DNA of 64,000 nt from Thermodesulfobacteriota bacterium. Its GTDB lineage: Bacteria > Desulfobacterota > UBA8473. Below are positions 21,218 to 34,523 of the stretch, in pieces. How positions within the stretch are numbered: the first letter of the stretch is position 1; each line of letters opens with the position of its first letter. The stretch spans positions 1,728-65,727 of the forward strand of contig JBFLWQ010000007.1 in assembly GCA_040757775.1 (NCBI GenBank). The letters run 5' to 3'. The notes under the pieces were generated by a model. It was given only the letters and a program-made list of their open reading frames with translations. It was not told where the DNA came from and searched no databases. The translations under genes were made by a program, and so were the position numbers.

Positions 21218-22237
21218 ATGAAAAAAGAGATTGGAGTAATAGGGGCTGGGAGCTGGGGAACTGCCCTTGCAAACCTTGTTGCAGAAAAAGGATACAGAGT
21301 TACCCTATGGGTTTTTGAACCAGATCTTTGTGAGATATTGAGAAGAGAAAGAGAGAACCCAGTTTACCTCCCAAAGTTCAGATTGTCCAAGAATATTAAA
21401 CCCACTACCTCTTTTTCTGAGGTCTGTCTGAATAAAGACATACTTGTATCGGTTACCCCCTCCCATGTAGTGCGAGGTGTTATTTCTCAAACCCTTCCAT
21501 ACCTCTCTGATAAATCAATCATAGTTAGTGCATCTAAGGGAATTGAGAATGATTCTTTGATGACCATGTCCCATGTGCTTAAAGAGGTCCTACCTGTCAA
21601 GCTACATAAAGCTATGGTCTATCTGTCTGGGCCCAGCTTTGCTAAGGAGGTCATTCAAAAAACCCCGACAGCTGTAGCGGTTGCCTCAGAAAACATGGAA
21701 GCAGCTGGAATTGTGCAGAGAGTCTTTGCAACATCTTACTTCAGGGTTTACACAAATTCTGATGTTATTGGAGTAGAATTGGGCGGGGCAGTAAAAAATG
21801 TTATTGCCATTGCTGCTGGAGTATCTGATGGACTGGGGTTTGGATATAACACTCGAGCTGCCTTAATTACCCGTGGGTTAGCGGAGATTACCCGCTTGGG
21901 TGTTAAAATGGGGGCAAATCCCTCTACCTTTTCAGGACTTACCGGTTTAGGAGACCTTGTCCTGACCTGTACCAGTGATCTAAGCAGGAATAGGTCAGTG
22001 GGGCTCAGGTTGGGAAGAGGTGTCAAACTGAAGGAAATATTGAATGAGATGAAGATGGTGGCTGAAGGTGTAAAGACTACCAAGGCTGTCTATCACATTG
22101 CCAGAAAGCTGGGCGTAGAGATGCCTATCACAGAGCAAATCTATCGTTTGCTTTACGAAGATAAGCCTGCCAAGGATGTTGTGACTGAACTTATGACCAG
22201 GGATCTAAAATGTGAATTGGATTCTTACAATAACTAA
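21218..22237 (+). CDS. gpsA: NAD(P)H-dependent glycerol-3-phosphate dehydrogenase
   Basis: N-terminal GAGSWGTALA Rossmann motif; 339 aa. Confidence 0.9.
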   Translation: MKKEIGVIGAGSWGTALANLVAEKGYRVTLWVFEPDLCEILRRERENPVYLPKFRLSKNIKPTTSFSEVCLNKDILVSVTPSHVVRGVISQTLPYLSDKSIIVSASKGIENDSLMTMSHVLKEVLPVKLHKAMVYLSGPSFAKEVIQKTPTAVAVASENMEAAGIVQRVFATSYFRVYTNSDVIGVELGGAVKNVIAIAAGVSDGLGFGYNTRAALITRGLAEITRLGVKMGANPSTFSGLTGLGDLVLTCTSDLSRNRSVGLRLGRGVKLKEILNEMKMVAEGVKTTKAVYHIARKLGVEMPITEQIYRLLYEDKPAKDVVTELMTRDLKCELDSYNN

Positions 22238-22279
22238 TTTGGATTTAGCGTTTACTAATTTATAATGAGGGACTGGGGT

Positions 22280-25200
22280 ATGGCTAAATCGAATCATATC
22301 TATTTAGGTATTGATATAGGTTCAGTGAGTGTCAATACCGTAGTAATGAATAAAAACAGGGATATTCTGGAGGAGCACTACACCAGAACGATGGGGCAAC
22401 CTTTAAAAACAGTGGGAAAGGTTCTTACAAAAGTTCTTTCCTGCATCGAAAAGGATCAAATAGTGGCTGCTTCCCTCACAGGCACAGCAGGTAAGCTGGT
22501 AGCAGAACTCATAGGGGCAAACTTTGTCAATGAGATTATCGCCCAGAGTAAATCTGTAGAGTACCTTTATCCCCGAGTAAAAACAATTGTTGAGATTGGA
22601 GGAGAAGATTCTAAACTCATCTTACTTGACTATGATAAGCACCGGAAGGGGACAAGGATCGCAGATTTCGCCATGAATACAATATGCGCCGCTGGTACCG
22701 GATCCTTTCTGGACCAACAAGCCCATAGGTTAGGTTTAAGCATTGAAGAGTTTAGCAAATTGGCGCTAAAATCAGAGAATCCTCCCAGGATTGCCGGAAG
22801 GTGTAGTGTATTCGCTAAAACCGACATGATTCACTTACAGCAGGGAGCTGCTCCAGACTTCGATATCGTTGCGGGTCTGTGTTATGCTATGGCAAGGAAC
22901 TTCAAAAGCAATATTGGAAAAGGCAAAAACTTTACCCGCCCTGTCTCATTTCAGGGGGGAGTGGCAGCCAATGTAGGCATGAGAAAGGCATTCTTTGATG
23001 TCTTGGAATTAGAGAAAGCGGAGTTTATCATTCCAAGGCATTTTGCATCAATGGGTGCCATCGGCTCTGTGATTGCTACTATGGAAGGCCCGGCTAAACA
23101 AATCCCATTTCTGGGTTTAGAAAGGCTTCAGAATTACCTGGAAACCCATCAGGAAAAAAGTATTGGATTACGTCCTCTTACCCTTTCAGAGGAAAGTAAA
23201 AAGGGAATGGCAGAGATTACAACCAAACCTTGCGCCTCGAAAAAAGAGGATAAGGTAGATGCTTTTCTGGGTATAGACGTAGGATCAATTAGCACAAACG
23301 TGGTGATTATAGATAGAAACAAGAATCTTCTGTCCAAGAGATACCTGATGACCGCTGGTAGACCTATAGAGGCAATAAGACAGGGACTAATGGAAGTTGG
23401 AGAAGAAATAGGTGATTGTGTAACTATACGAGGTGTGGGAACTACAGGTTCAGGAAGGTATTTGACAGGGGATTTCGTTGGGGCTGATATCGTAAGGAAT
23501 GAGATAACCGCCCAAGCTACAGCATCTATTAATATTGATCCAGATGTTGATACAATATTCGAAATTGGTGGCCAGGATTCAAAGTATATTAGCATAGAAA
23601 ACAGTACCATAGTTGATTTTGAAATGAATAAAGTCTGCGCAGCGGGCACCGGATCCTTTTTGGAGGAACAGGCAGAAAAATTGGGAATCTCCATCAGGGA
23701 GGAGTTTGGAAACATGGCTTTAAGTGCTCCATCTCCTGTTTCCCTTGGTGAGAGGTGTACTGTATTTATGGAGTCCGATCTTGTTCACCACCAACAGAGA
23801 GGTGCCAGTAAGGAAAATTTAGTTGCAGGGTTAAGCTATTCAATAGCTATAAATTATCTGAATAAGGTAGTAGGAGATAGAAAGGTAGGAGAAAAAATCT
23901 TCTTCCAGGGAGCAACGGCATTTAACCGGGGGATAGTGGCCGCCTTTGAAAATATTCTTGGCAAATCCATTAAGGTCCCTTTGAACAACGAGGTTACAGG
24001 AGCCATAGGTGTTGCCATTCTGGCTATGGAAGAGAATAAGAATAAGGAAAGTAAATTCAAGGGTTTTGATCTAAGTGATAAAAGTTATGACCTCTCTTCC
24101 TTCGAATGTAAGGGGTGCCCGAACATGTGTGAGATAAGAAAGCTCTCCGTCAAAGGAGAGAGCCCCCTTTTTTACGGGAGCAGGTGTGAAAAATATGAAG
24201 TGAATAAAGAAAAGAAAGAGAAATTTGACTTGCCAGATCTCTTTGCCGAGAGAGAAGATCTGCTCCTAAATATCCACAAAAAGAATGATGGATTGGATGA
24301 TACTTCTCCAGTTATAGGCATACCCAGGATACTATTCTTCCATGAGCTGCTTCCTCTATGGAAGACCTTCTTTAATGAGCTGGGATTCGGGGTAGTATTT
24401 ACTGAAAAAAGCAATAAAAAAATCATCCATCAAGGGGTTGAAAGCGTTGTAGCCGAAACATGTTTTCCAATCAAGGTCTCCCATGGACATATACTGGAGC
24501 TAATAGAAAAGGGCATAAAGAGGATATTCCTGCCAAGCATTATTAATATGAAACGAATACATCCAGATATTGAACAAAGTTACAACTGTCCTTATGTCCA
24601 GGCATTTCCCTATACTGTGAAATCCGCTATCAACTTTGAAAAACACGATGTACAGGTTCTCCAACCCATAATAAACCTTGGAATAGGGAGGAGTGGATTA
24701 GAGAAACCTTTGGTAAAGATGGCAAAGGAGCTAAAGATACCATCTAAGAAGGTCAAGATGGCTATCTCCAAGGCATTAGATGTTCAGAACAATTTCTATT
24801 CTGCCCTGCAGGCCAGAGGAACTGAGATTCTGGCCAATCTCAAAGAAGAACAGAAGGCAATAGTCATTGTAAGTCGGCCATACAACGGATGTGATTCCGG
24901 CATCAACATGGACTTACCCAAGAAACTGAGAGATTTGGGCGTTCTTGCAATCCCCCTTGATTTCCTGCCCTTAGAAGATAGTGACCTGGCAAAGGCAGCG
25001 GGACATATGTACTGGAAGTATGGACAGAGGTTTTTGACCGCTGCCCATATAATAAGGAATAATCCAAATCTATACGCCCTGTATATCACCAATTTTGCCT
25101 GCGGGCCAGACTCCTTTATATTACATTTCTTCAGGGATAAATTAAAAGGAAAACCATACCTTCAGATAGAGGTAGACGAACACAGTGCAGATGTTGGAGC

Positions 25201-26500
25201 TATTACCCGTTTAGAGGCATTCCTTGATACTCTGAAGAACGTTACCGGGAAAACAAAAGTTGAAAAAAGGGAAAAGACCACCCATACCCAAAGGAAACAA
25301 AACAAGAAAAGAAATATTTACATTCCCTATATGTCTGATCATGCCCTTGTCCTCTCTGCCGCCTTTGAAGCATGTGGCGTACCTTCGGTAGTAATACCGG
25401 AATCCGATGAAGAAACCCTGGAGTTGGGAAGAAAATTAACCTCTGGCAAAGAATGTTATCCCTGTATACTGACTACAGGCAACATGGTAAGGCTATTAAA
25501 AGACCCTGATTTTAATCGTCAAAGCTCTGCTTTCTTTATGCCATCTGCTAACGGGCCGTGCCGTTTTGGACAGTATCATCGTTTTCACCGCTTGATCCTT
25601 GATGAGCTGGGATATGAAGATGTGCCCATATATGCCCTCAATCAAGATGAAACCATTTATCAGGAATTGCAAACTATCGGGAAGAAGCTTATTGGGCTGG
25701 CATGGCAGGGCATAATAGCTGTTGATATTCTCGAGAAAAGGCTCAGGGTTACAAGACCATACGAGAAAAATCCGGGGGAAACAGAAGGTGTCTATCGTCA
25801 TTTCATACAAAAAATCTCTGACGTTATAAGAAAAGAAGGGGACATCTTTGAAACCCTGAAGGAAGCGCGGGCAGAGTTTGACTGGATAGAGTTAAATAAT
25901 CCAGAAAAAAGACCTGTAATTGGGATAGTGGGAGAGATTTATATCCGTTCAAACAATTTCAGTAATGAAAATATCGCCTTAAAGATTGAAAGTCTTGGTG
26001 GAGAGGTATGGCTTCCCCCCATCTCCGAATGGGTATTCTATACTAATTTCACATCAAAGAGGAGGAGCCTTGGTAATAAGAATTATAGGGGTTTCCTTAG
26101 CACCTGCCTGACAGAACTCTTTCAAAAACGCGTCGAACACAGATTAGAAGCGGCTTTTGACGGCTCGATAAAGAACCTCAGAGAACCGAGCACAAAGCAA
26201 ATATTAAAATGGGCAGGACCCTATATTGATTCCTCTTTTGAGGGGGAAGCAGTCTTAAGTATAGGAAAGGCAGTGGACTTTTATAAAAAGGGGGTAAGTG
26301 GTATTGTAAATGTAATGCCCTTTACCTGTATGCCCGGCACCATCGTTAGCGCTATACTCAAGCGATATCGAGATAACCATAACTATATCCCTGTCCTTAC
26401 TATGGCATATGATGGGCAAGAAAATACCAGTACCCAGACAAGACTAGAAGCGTTCATGTATCAGGTTCACCAGTATCAGGAACAGATGGGAAAAAAATAG
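22280..26500 (+). CDS. Fused CoA-substrate-specific enzyme activase (two BadF/BadG/BcrA/BcrD-type ATPase modules) + 2-hydroxyglutaryl-CoA dehydratase D-component-like domain
   Basis: Duplicated acetate/sugar-kinase-type ATPase modules (IYLGIDIGSVS..., FLGIDVGSISTN...; CAAGTGSFL twice), then a large HgdB/HGD-D-like region. ~1400 aa. ATG at 22280 preferred over the track start. Confidence 0.8.
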   Translation: MAKSNHIYLGIDIGSVSVNTVVMNKNRDILEEHYTRTMGQPLKTVGKVLTKVLSCIEKDQIVAASLTGTAGKLVAELIGANFVNEIIAQSKSVEYLYPRVKTIVEIGGEDSKLILLDYDKHRKGTRIADFAMNTICAAGTGSFLDQQAHRLGLSIEEFSKLALKSENPPRIAGRCSVFAKTDMIHLQQGAAPDFDIVAGLCYAMARNFKSNIGKGKNFTRPVSFQGGVAANVGMRKAFFDVLELEKAEFIIPRHFASMGAIGSVIATMEGPAKQIPFLGLERLQNYLETHQEKSIGLRPLTLSEESKKGMAEITTKPCASKKEDKVDAFLGIDVGSISTNVVIIDRNKNLLSKRYLMTAGRPIEAIRQGLMEVGEEIGDCVTIRGVGTTGSGRYLTGDFVGADIVRNEITAQATASINIDPDVDTIFEIGGQDSKYISIENSTIVDFEMNKVCAAGTGSFLEEQAEKLGISIREEFGNMALSAPSPVSLGERCTVFMESDLVHHQQRGASKENLVAGLSYSIAINYLNKVVGDRKVGEKIFFQGATAFNRGIVAAFENILGKSIKVPLNNEVTGAIGVAILAMEENKNKESKFKGFDLSDKSYDLSSFECKGCPNMCEIRKLSVKGESPLFYGSRCEKYEVNKEKKEKFDLPDLFAEREDLLLNIHKKNDGLDDTSPVIGIPRILFFHELLPLWKTFFNELGFGVVFTEKSNKKIIHQGVESVVAETCFPIKVSHGHILELIEKGIKRIFLPSIINMKRIHPDIEQSYNCPYVQAFPYTVKSAINFEKHDVQVLQPIINLGIGRSGLEKPLVKMAKELKIPSKKVKMAISKALDVQNNFYSALQARGTEILANLKEEQKAIVIVSRPYNGCDSGINMDLPKKLRDLGVLAIPLDFLPLEDSDLAKAAGHMYWKYGQRFLTAAHIIRNNPNLYALYITNFACGPDSFILHFFRDKLKGKPYLQIEVDEHSADVGAITRLEAFLDTLKNVTGKTKVEKREKTTHTQRKQNKKRNIYIPYMSDHALVLSAAFEACGVPSVVIPESDEETLELGRKLTSGKECYPCILTTGNMVRLLKDPDFNRQSSAFFMPSANGPCRFGQYHRFHRLILDELGYEDVPIYALNQDETIYQELQTIGKKLIGLAWQGIIAVDILEKRLRVTRPYEKNPGETEGVYRHFIQKISDVIRKEGDIFETLKEARAEFDWIELNNPEKRPVIGIVGEIYIRSNNFSNENIALKIESLGGEVWLPPISEWVFYTNFTSKRRSLGNKNYRGFLSTCLTELFQKRVEHRLEAAFDGSIKNLREPSTKQILKWAGPYIDSSFEGEAVLSIGKAVDFYKKGVSGIVNVMPFTCMPGTIVSAILKRYRDNHNYIPVLTMAYDGQENTSTQTRLEAFMYQVHQYQEQMGKK

Positions 26501-26519
26501 CCGACAAGGTGGACTATTT

Positions 26520-26987
26520 ATGTCCTTGACCGACCTGGATAAAAAGATAATTAGGGAGATTCAAAAGGACTTACCCATAACCCCACGCCCTTACCTGGAC
26601 ATTGCTGAGAAGCTCGGCATACCAGAAGAAAATCTGCTAAAAAAGGTCCAGGAGTTAATAGATAAAGGCTATATAAGACGCTTTGGTGCCACCCTCAGGC
26701 ACAGAAAAGTAGGCATTAATGCTAATGCCATGGCAGTCTGGGCAGTTCCGGATAAGGATGTGGAAAGAGTAGGAAAGATAATGGCATCCTTTAAGGAGGT
26801 AACCCACTGTTATGAAAGACACACTATACCAGAATGGAATGGCAACCTTTTTACCATGATTCATGCAAAAACAAGAGAAGGGTGTCTAAAAATAGTGAAG
26901 GGGTTATCAGAGAAAACAGGGGTCAAAGATTACGAACTTCTATTTAGCACTGAGGAGTTCAAGAAAACGAGCATGGAATATTTTTGA
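26520..26987 (+). CDS. AsnC/Lrp-fold siroheme decarboxylase subunit (AhbA/AhbB/NirD family)
   Basis: LTDLDKKIIREIQKDLPITPRPYLDIAEKLGIPEENLLKKVQELIDKGYIRRFGAT matches the NirD/AhbAB N-terminal pattern. Adjacent to hemL. Confidence 0.65.
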   Translation: MSLTDLDKKIIREIQKDLPITPRPYLDIAEKLGIPEENLLKKVQELIDKGYIRRFGATLRHRKVGINANAMAVWAVPDKDVERVGKIMASFKEVTHCYERHTIPEWNGNLFTMIHAKTREGCLKIVKGLSEKTGVKDYELLFSTEEFKKTSMEYF

Positions 26988-26994
26988 TAAATTA

Positions 26995-27279
26995 ATGAAC
27001 ATGCAATCTAGAAAGGTGTTGGAATCTCTTGAGGATCTTGCTGAAAGGCTTGGTATTGAAATCGTCTATGAAAAACTGGGAGATGAAGAGGTTTCCGTCA
27101 GAGGAGGTATATGTAAAGTCCAAGAAACCTATAAGATATTTATAGACCGTTCTGAACCAATGGAAAGCCGAATAAAAATCCTGTCCCGAGCACTCTCCAC
27201 TTTCGACACACAGAATATTTATCTCCTTCCTTTTATCAGAGAGGTTCTGGAAAATGCTGAGAAAAAAGAGTATAGCTGA
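26995..27279 (+). CDS. Hypothetical small protein
   Basis: 94-aa ORF between the ahbAB-like gene and hemL; no motif recognised. Confidence 0.35.
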   Translation: MNMQSRKVLESLEDLAERLGIEIVYEKLGDEEVSVRGGICKVQETYKIFIDRSEPMESRIKILSRALSTFDTQNIYLLPFIREVLENAEKKEYS

Positions 27280-27345
27280 TATGGAAGGGGGAAAGTCCCC
27301 GTTTTGTAACCTTGTTCTCTAGGATAGTTTGTTAAAGGAGATACT

Positions 27346-28635
27346 GTGAATACAAAAACCTCTGAATATCTTTTTAAAGAAGCCCAGAGATACATACCAG
27401 GCGGGGTAAATAGCCCTGTCAGGGCATACAAGGCTGTAGACGGCAGCCCCCTCTTTATAGAGAAGGCTAAAGGGTCTAAGATCTACGATGCGGATGGCAA
27501 CGAGTATATAGACTATGTAGGATCCTGGGGGCCAATGATTGTAGGGCACGCCCATCCTAATGTTATCTCTGCTTTAAAAAAGGCTATGGAGAACGGCACC
27601 AGCTTTGGTGCACCTACCGGTCTGGAGGTAGAACTAGCAAGAATGATAGTAGATGCCGTACCATCTATCGAATTGGTTCGGATGGTGAGTTCTGGTACCG
27701 AAGCTACCATGAGTGCCATTAGACTGGCCAGAGGATACACCAACAGGGATAAAATAATCAAGTTTGAAGGGTGCTATCACGGTCATGTTGACAGTCTTCT
27801 GGTTAAAGCAGGATCAGGGGCCACTACCCTAGGCATTCCGGACAGTCCTGGTGTTCCATGGGATTTTGCAAAAAATACCCTGACCCTTACCTTCAATGAT
27901 TTAGAACCTGTCAAAGAAGTAACAGAAAAAGATGGAGAAAATATAGCAGCCATAATAGTGGAACCTATCCCGGGGAATATGGGGGTTATACAGCCTAAAG
28001 CGGGGTTTTTGGAAGGACTCCGAAAACTCTGTGATCAACACGGTATAGTCCTGATATTCGACGAAGTCATTACCGGATTCAGGGTCTCTTTTGGGGGCGC
28101 CCAGGAGCTATACAGTGTTTTCCCGGATTTAACCTGTTTGGGAAAGATTGTAGGCGGCGGATTGCCTGTAGGAGCCTTTGGTGGCAAAAAGGAGATTATG
28201 GAGAAGATATCCCCCTTGGGGCCAGTCTATCAGGCTGGAACCCTATCTGGCAACCCCCTTGCTATGACAGCAGGGGTTGAGACCTTAAAGATACTCTCTC
28301 AGGAGGGGGTATATGAAATCTTAGATGAGAAGGCCAAGATACTGACAGGAGGAATAGAAAATGCCGCAAAAAAAATGGGTATACCTGTCTTCTCCACCAG
28401 GATAGGGTCCATGTCCACCCTCTTTTTTTCCGACAGAGAGGTAACAGATTACTCTTCTGCCAAGACAAGTGATACTAAAAGATTCGCACGATATTTCTCA
28501 GCAATGCTTGAACAAGGGATTTACCTGGCACCTTCACAGTTCGAAGCGTCCTTCGTGTCCTTGGCACATACTGATGAGGATATAGAGAAGACTATAGAGG
28601 TTGCCAGGAAATGCCTATCCTTTATTTCCCCTTAA
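27346..28635 (+). CDS. hemL: Glutamate-1-semialdehyde 2,1-aminomutase
   Basis: GTG start after AAAGGAG; conserved GGVNSPVRA and PLP-lysine region. Confidence 0.95.
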   Translation: MNTKTSEYLFKEAQRYIPGGVNSPVRAYKAVDGSPLFIEKAKGSKIYDADGNEYIDYVGSWGPMIVGHAHPNVISALKKAMENGTSFGAPTGLEVELARMIVDAVPSIELVRMVSSGTEATMSAIRLARGYTNRDKIIKFEGCYHGHVDSLLVKAGSGATTLGIPDSPGVPWDFAKNTLTLTFNDLEPVKEVTEKDGENIAAIIVEPIPGNMGVIQPKAGFLEGLRKLCDQHGIVLIFDEVITGFRVSFGGAQELYSVFPDLTCLGKIVGGGLPVGAFGGKKEIMEKISPLGPVYQAGTLSGNPLAMTAGVETLKILSQEGVYEILDEKAKILTGGIENAAKKMGIPVFSTRIGSMSTLFFSDREVTDYSSAKTSDTKRFARYFSAMLEQGIYLAPSQFEASFVSLAHTDEDIEKTIEVARKCLSFISP

Positions 28636-29422
28636 AGACCGGTTTTCTCTTCTCTAACCATGAGGTAACAGCCTCTTTATGGTCCTCAGTATGACATAAC
28701 TGATACTGTAGCCTCGATATATAATCCAGGGAAGATTCAAGGGTCATCTTTAAGGACTCGTTGATTGCCTTTTTAATGGTCCCTATGGCCACTGGGCCGT
28801 TTGCAAGCTTTTTTGCTAATTCTTCAGCAGCAGGTATCAATTCCTTTGGTGGCACAACTTTCTCAACCAAGCCTATCTTCTCTGCCTGGGCTGCATCTAT
28901 GATGTCTCCGGTAAGACAAATCAGTTTTGCCCACCCCAATCCAACCAGCCTAGGCAACATATAGATTCCCAGCTCCGGAGTTATACCCATTCTAACGAAA
29001 AACTCTGCCATCTTTGCATCCTCTGCAGCAATCCTTATGTCACACGAGAGGGCGAGGTCAAGACCAGCTCCTACTGCATATCCGTTTATGGCAGCTATTA
29101 CAGGTTTTTCCACATCAATTATCCCCCGGTACATCTCGTCTGCCACACTAAAATACTTATGGTACTCTGTAACACCCATTTCTCTTAATGGGTTTATATC
29201 CTTTACCACATCACCGCCAGCACTAAAGGACTGGCCGGCTCCCGTAATAATTAATGCTCTTACTGTATCATCATCCTTTACTTCAGCCCAGGCTGCTATA
29301 AAGTCATGTATAAGTTCTGGGCTCAAGGCATTTAGCTTTTCTGGCCGGTTCAAGATTACCTTGGCAAAACCCTCTTTTCTGACTATCTTAACTGTTCCAA
29401 ATTCTTTTTCCTGAACTTCCAT
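28622..29422 (-). CDS. Enoyl-CoA hydratase/isomerase (crotonase family)
   Basis: Crotonase motifs ([36 protein letters not shown]). Confidence 0.85.
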   Translation of the reverse strand: MEVQEKEFGTVKIVRKEGFAKVILNRPEKLNALSPELIHDFIAAWAEVKDDDTVRALIITGAGQSFSAGGDVVKDINPLREMGVTEYHKYFSVADEMYRGIIDVEKPVIAAINGYAVGAGLDLALSCDIRIAAEDAKMAEFFVRMGITPELGIYMLPRLVGLGWAKLICLTGDIIDAAQAEKIGLVEKVVPPKELIPAAEELAKKLANGPVAIGTIKKAINESLKMTLESSLDYISRLQYQLCHTEDHKEAVTSWLEKRKPVFKGK

Positions 29423-29707
29423 AATGGCATCTCCTTTTCTATTTATTTAGAATCTACCCTTTTTTAGTTATAATTAATAGGCGATATGAAGTCAACACTC
29501 TTTTTCTTCCACCTGCTTCAAGAACCCAAAAAAAAAGGGCACCGCCTCTCTTTCTCAAAAGAGATAACCCGATACCCTTCATTCCCCTCCCTGATGAGAG
29601 GGAAAGAGGGGGTATTGCCCCCCCCTCTTCACCATTTAAGAATCCTCTGAGGGTTTACCTCAAAGAGCTTCCTGTTCCAGTGATATAACACTTAGAACAT
29701 ATAGCAT

Positions 29708-29938
29708 TTATTTCCCTTTCTCTGCTGGAGCAGGAGCCTGTTCTGCTGGAGCAGGAGCCTGTTCTGCTGGAGCAGGGGCCTGTTCTGCTGGAGCAGGAGC
29801 TGGAGTCACTTGTTCCGTTGGTGCCCCCGCTTCCTCGGCCGGTTTTCCCTTGCATCCAATAGTAGATACTGTCAGGCCAAGGACAAAGAAAAAGCAAACC
29901 AAAAGATAACCTAATTTCCTCATCGTTTTCACCTCCAT
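29708..29938 (-). CDS. Small lipoprotein with (PAPAEQA)n tandem repeats
   Basis: Signal peptide with lipobox ...STIGC. Three 21-bp DNA repeats (29721..29800) encode AEQAPAP x3. Confidence 0.55.
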   Translation of the reverse strand: MEVKTMRKLGYLLVCFFFVLGLTVSTIGCKGKPAEEAGAPTEQVTPAPAPAEQAPAPAEQAPAPAEQAPAPAEKGK

Positions 29939-30329
29939 TCATAGTTAATTTTTTAGGTCATTCCTTAACCATAGTTTAAAGCATCTAGTTCCCTGACCTT
30001 TTGGCTTTATAAGTAGTATAAAGTCAAATATGTTGTAAGCGTTTAAAGTTCTTGTCACGATGTTATATAAATGTTTAATTTGTTAAATTAGAATAAAAAT
30101 CTTATATTGTCAAGTTTTTTCTATAAATTTTTCATTTAAAAATTAAAACAACTCCTTATCTTTCACGTCACCTGACATTAATATCTCGATAAACTGGGCT
30201 CTCACTTACCTTTCAGTTTGACTTATTACAGATTGTTCTGTTAAGATAAAAATATATACAACGGTTAATTACAGAACCCCGTGAACAGCTTTTGATCTGG
30301 ACAAGATGACGAACCAACCGAAATAAGTT

Positions 30330-32449
<2,120 letters not shown>

Positions 32450-32453
32450 AATC

Positions 32454-33335
32454 ATGGACGAGAATACCCCTTCCATATCTAAAGGAACATTGTACATCGT
32501 TGCTACCCCCATAGGCAATCTGGAGGATATTACCCTTAGGGCTTTGCGTACCCTAAAGGAAGTTGATCTCATTGCCGCTGAAGATACAAGAAGGACAAGG
32601 ATTCTGCTTAGCCATTACAGTATTAAAACTCCTTTAACCAGCTATTATGAATACAATAAACTCATTAAAGGTAAAAAACTCATAGACAGGCTGGAGATCG
32701 GAGAGAATATAGCTCTTGTCTCAGATGCCGGCACTCCTGGTATTTCGGATCCTGGTTATCACCTCATTAAACTCGCCCTCCAAGGCTCAATTCCTGTCAT
32801 CCCTATTCCAGGAGTATCAGCTCTGATTGCTGCACTTAGCGTCTCAGGGCTCTCTACAGACAGTTTTGTATTCCAGGGCTTTCTGCCGAACAAAATCACG
32901 GCAAGAAAGAGGTTTATTGAAAAGATAGTAGGAGAAAAAAGGACTCTTGTCTTCTATGAATCACCTAACAGGTTACGGGCTACCCTCCAGGACTTGCTGG
33001 AGATATGCGGCAATAGGGAAATCGTTGTTACCAGGGAACTGACCAAGGTCTTTGAAGAGGTGATAAGAGGGGAAATAACCCATGTCTTAACCGCTTTAAA
33101 GGGACGGCAAATTAAGGGAGAAATTACCCTGTTGGTATCGGGAAAGAAGGACACTAGCAGTGTAAACGATATCCCGACATCTAAACTCTTAGAGGATTAT
33201 CAAAAGAGATATGATTTACCTATGAAGGACTTGATCAAGATGATTTCAGATGAGAAGGGCATCTCAAAAAGGGAAGTCTATCAGGAAAGTCTGAAACTGA
33301 AAAAGGAAAAAACTGTTTGCGTAACAGACAACTAA
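32454..33335 (+). CDS. rsmI: 16S rRNA 2'-O-ribose C1402 methyltransferase RsmI
   Basis: Tetrapyrrole-methylase fold: LYIVATPIGNLEDITLRAL...AAEDTR. Confidence 0.9.
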   Translation: MDENTPSISKGTLYIVATPIGNLEDITLRALRTLKEVDLIAAEDTRRTRILLSHYSIKTPLTSYYEYNKLIKGKKLIDRLEIGENIALVSDAGTPGISDPGYHLIKLALQGSIPVIPIPGVSALIAALSVSGLSTDSFVFQGFLPNKITARKRFIEKIVGEKRTLVFYESPNRLRATLQDLLEICGNREIVVTRELTKVFEEVIRGEITHVLTALKGRQIKGEITLLVSGKKDTSSVNDIPTSKLLEDYQKRYDLPMKDLIKMISDEKGISKREVYQESLKLKKEKTVCVTDN

Positions 33336-33378
33336 CCATTATAATTAACCATTATACTTTTATTTATAGGGGGATAAA

Positions 33379-34461
33379 ATGGCAAAGATAGATGCCTTTT
33401 TTAAGCTGATGAATGAACAGGGGGCTTCTGATTTACATATGGTATCCGGCTCCCAGCCCATACTCCGTATCAGAGGCGATATGGAAAGGGTAAAATATAA
33501 GTTGCTTGAGAATGATGAGCTAAAGGCTATGCTTTATGAAATAGCTCCTGAAGAGAAGGTAAAGCTCTTCGAAGAAACAGGAGATGTAGACTTCGGGTAT
33601 GAAATTCCCGGTTTGGCTCGATATAGGGCCAATTTCTTCCAGCAAAAATACGGAATCGGGGCCGTTTTCAGAGAAATCCCTAGTGAGGTATTAACAGCAG
33701 AACAACTCGGTCTTCCACCTGTAATTACCAAGCTTGCCTTGCTTCCTAAAGGCCTGGTTTTGGTAACAGGGCCAACAGGAAGCGGTAAATCCACAACGCT
33801 GGCTGCCATAATAGACTATGCAAACAAAAACAGAAAAGACCATATTATTACCGTGGAGGATCCCATTGAATTTGTCCATAAAAGCCAGAGTTGCATAGTA
33901 AATCACAGGGAAGTAGGATCTCATACAAAATCATTTTCAGCGGCTTTGAGAGGGGCGTTACGAGAAGACCCCGATATAATCCTGGTGGGGGAAATGAGGG
34001 ATCTGGAAACTATAGCGCTGGCGATAGAGGCTGCCGCTACCGGACATCTGGTATTCGGCACCCTTCATACTACCAGTGCTGCTAAAACAGTTGACAGGGT
34101 TATAGAGGTTTTCCCGGCTAATCAGCAAGACCAGATCAGGTCTACTTTAGCAGACGGGATTAAGGCTGTAATAGCTCAGACCTTATTCAAGAGGATAGAC
34201 AAAAAGGGAAGATGTGCTGCCCTTGAAATACTCATCTGTACCGCAGCCGTTCGTAATCTAATCAGGGAAGGAAAAACTTTTCAGATACCCTCTGCAATTC
34301 AAACAGGCAAGAAATATGGTATGCAGACCCTGGACGATGCCATTATGCAATATTTGCAAAAAGGATGGATATCCCCTGACGAGGCATACAACAAATGCAT
34401 TGACAAGACTAAATTTCTACCCTTATTGAAAACCACCCCTGATGATTTCACAGATGTCTGA
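33379..34461 (+). CDS. pilT: Type IV pilus retraction ATPase PilT
   Basis: Walker A GPTGSGKST; Asp/His boxes; PilT signature AIRNLIREGK. Confidence 0.9.
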   Translation: MAKIDAFFKLMNEQGASDLHMVSGSQPILRIRGDMERVKYKLLENDELKAMLYEIAPEEKVKLFEETGDVDFGYEIPGLARYRANFFQQKYGIGAVFREIPSEVLTAEQLGLPPVITKLALLPKGLVLVTGPTGSGKSTTLAAIIDYANKNRKDHIITVEDPIEFVHKSQSCIVNHREVGSHTKSFSAALRGALREDPDIILVGEMRDLETIALAIEAAATGHLVFGTLHTTSAAKTVDRVIEVFPANQQDQIRSTLADGIKAVIAQTLFKRIDKKGRCAALEILICTAAVRNLIREGKTFQIPSAIQTGKKYGMQTLDDAIMQYLQKGWISPDEAYNKCIDKTKFLPLLKTTPDDFTDV

Positions 34462-34523
34462 TATGATAGAGAATCCAGGGACAAAACTTAAACCCTAAAA
34501 CTTTGGAGATTGGGAGAAACGTT

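Noticed and set aside
29721-29800. 21-bp tandem DNA repeats (and the 84-bp repeats at about 49850..50130) considered as a possible CRISPR array
   Set aside because: Repeats are contiguous with no spacers and sit in-frame inside coding sequences (the PAPAEQA lipoprotein and the MlaD C-terminus). They are coding tandem repeats, not CRISPR.
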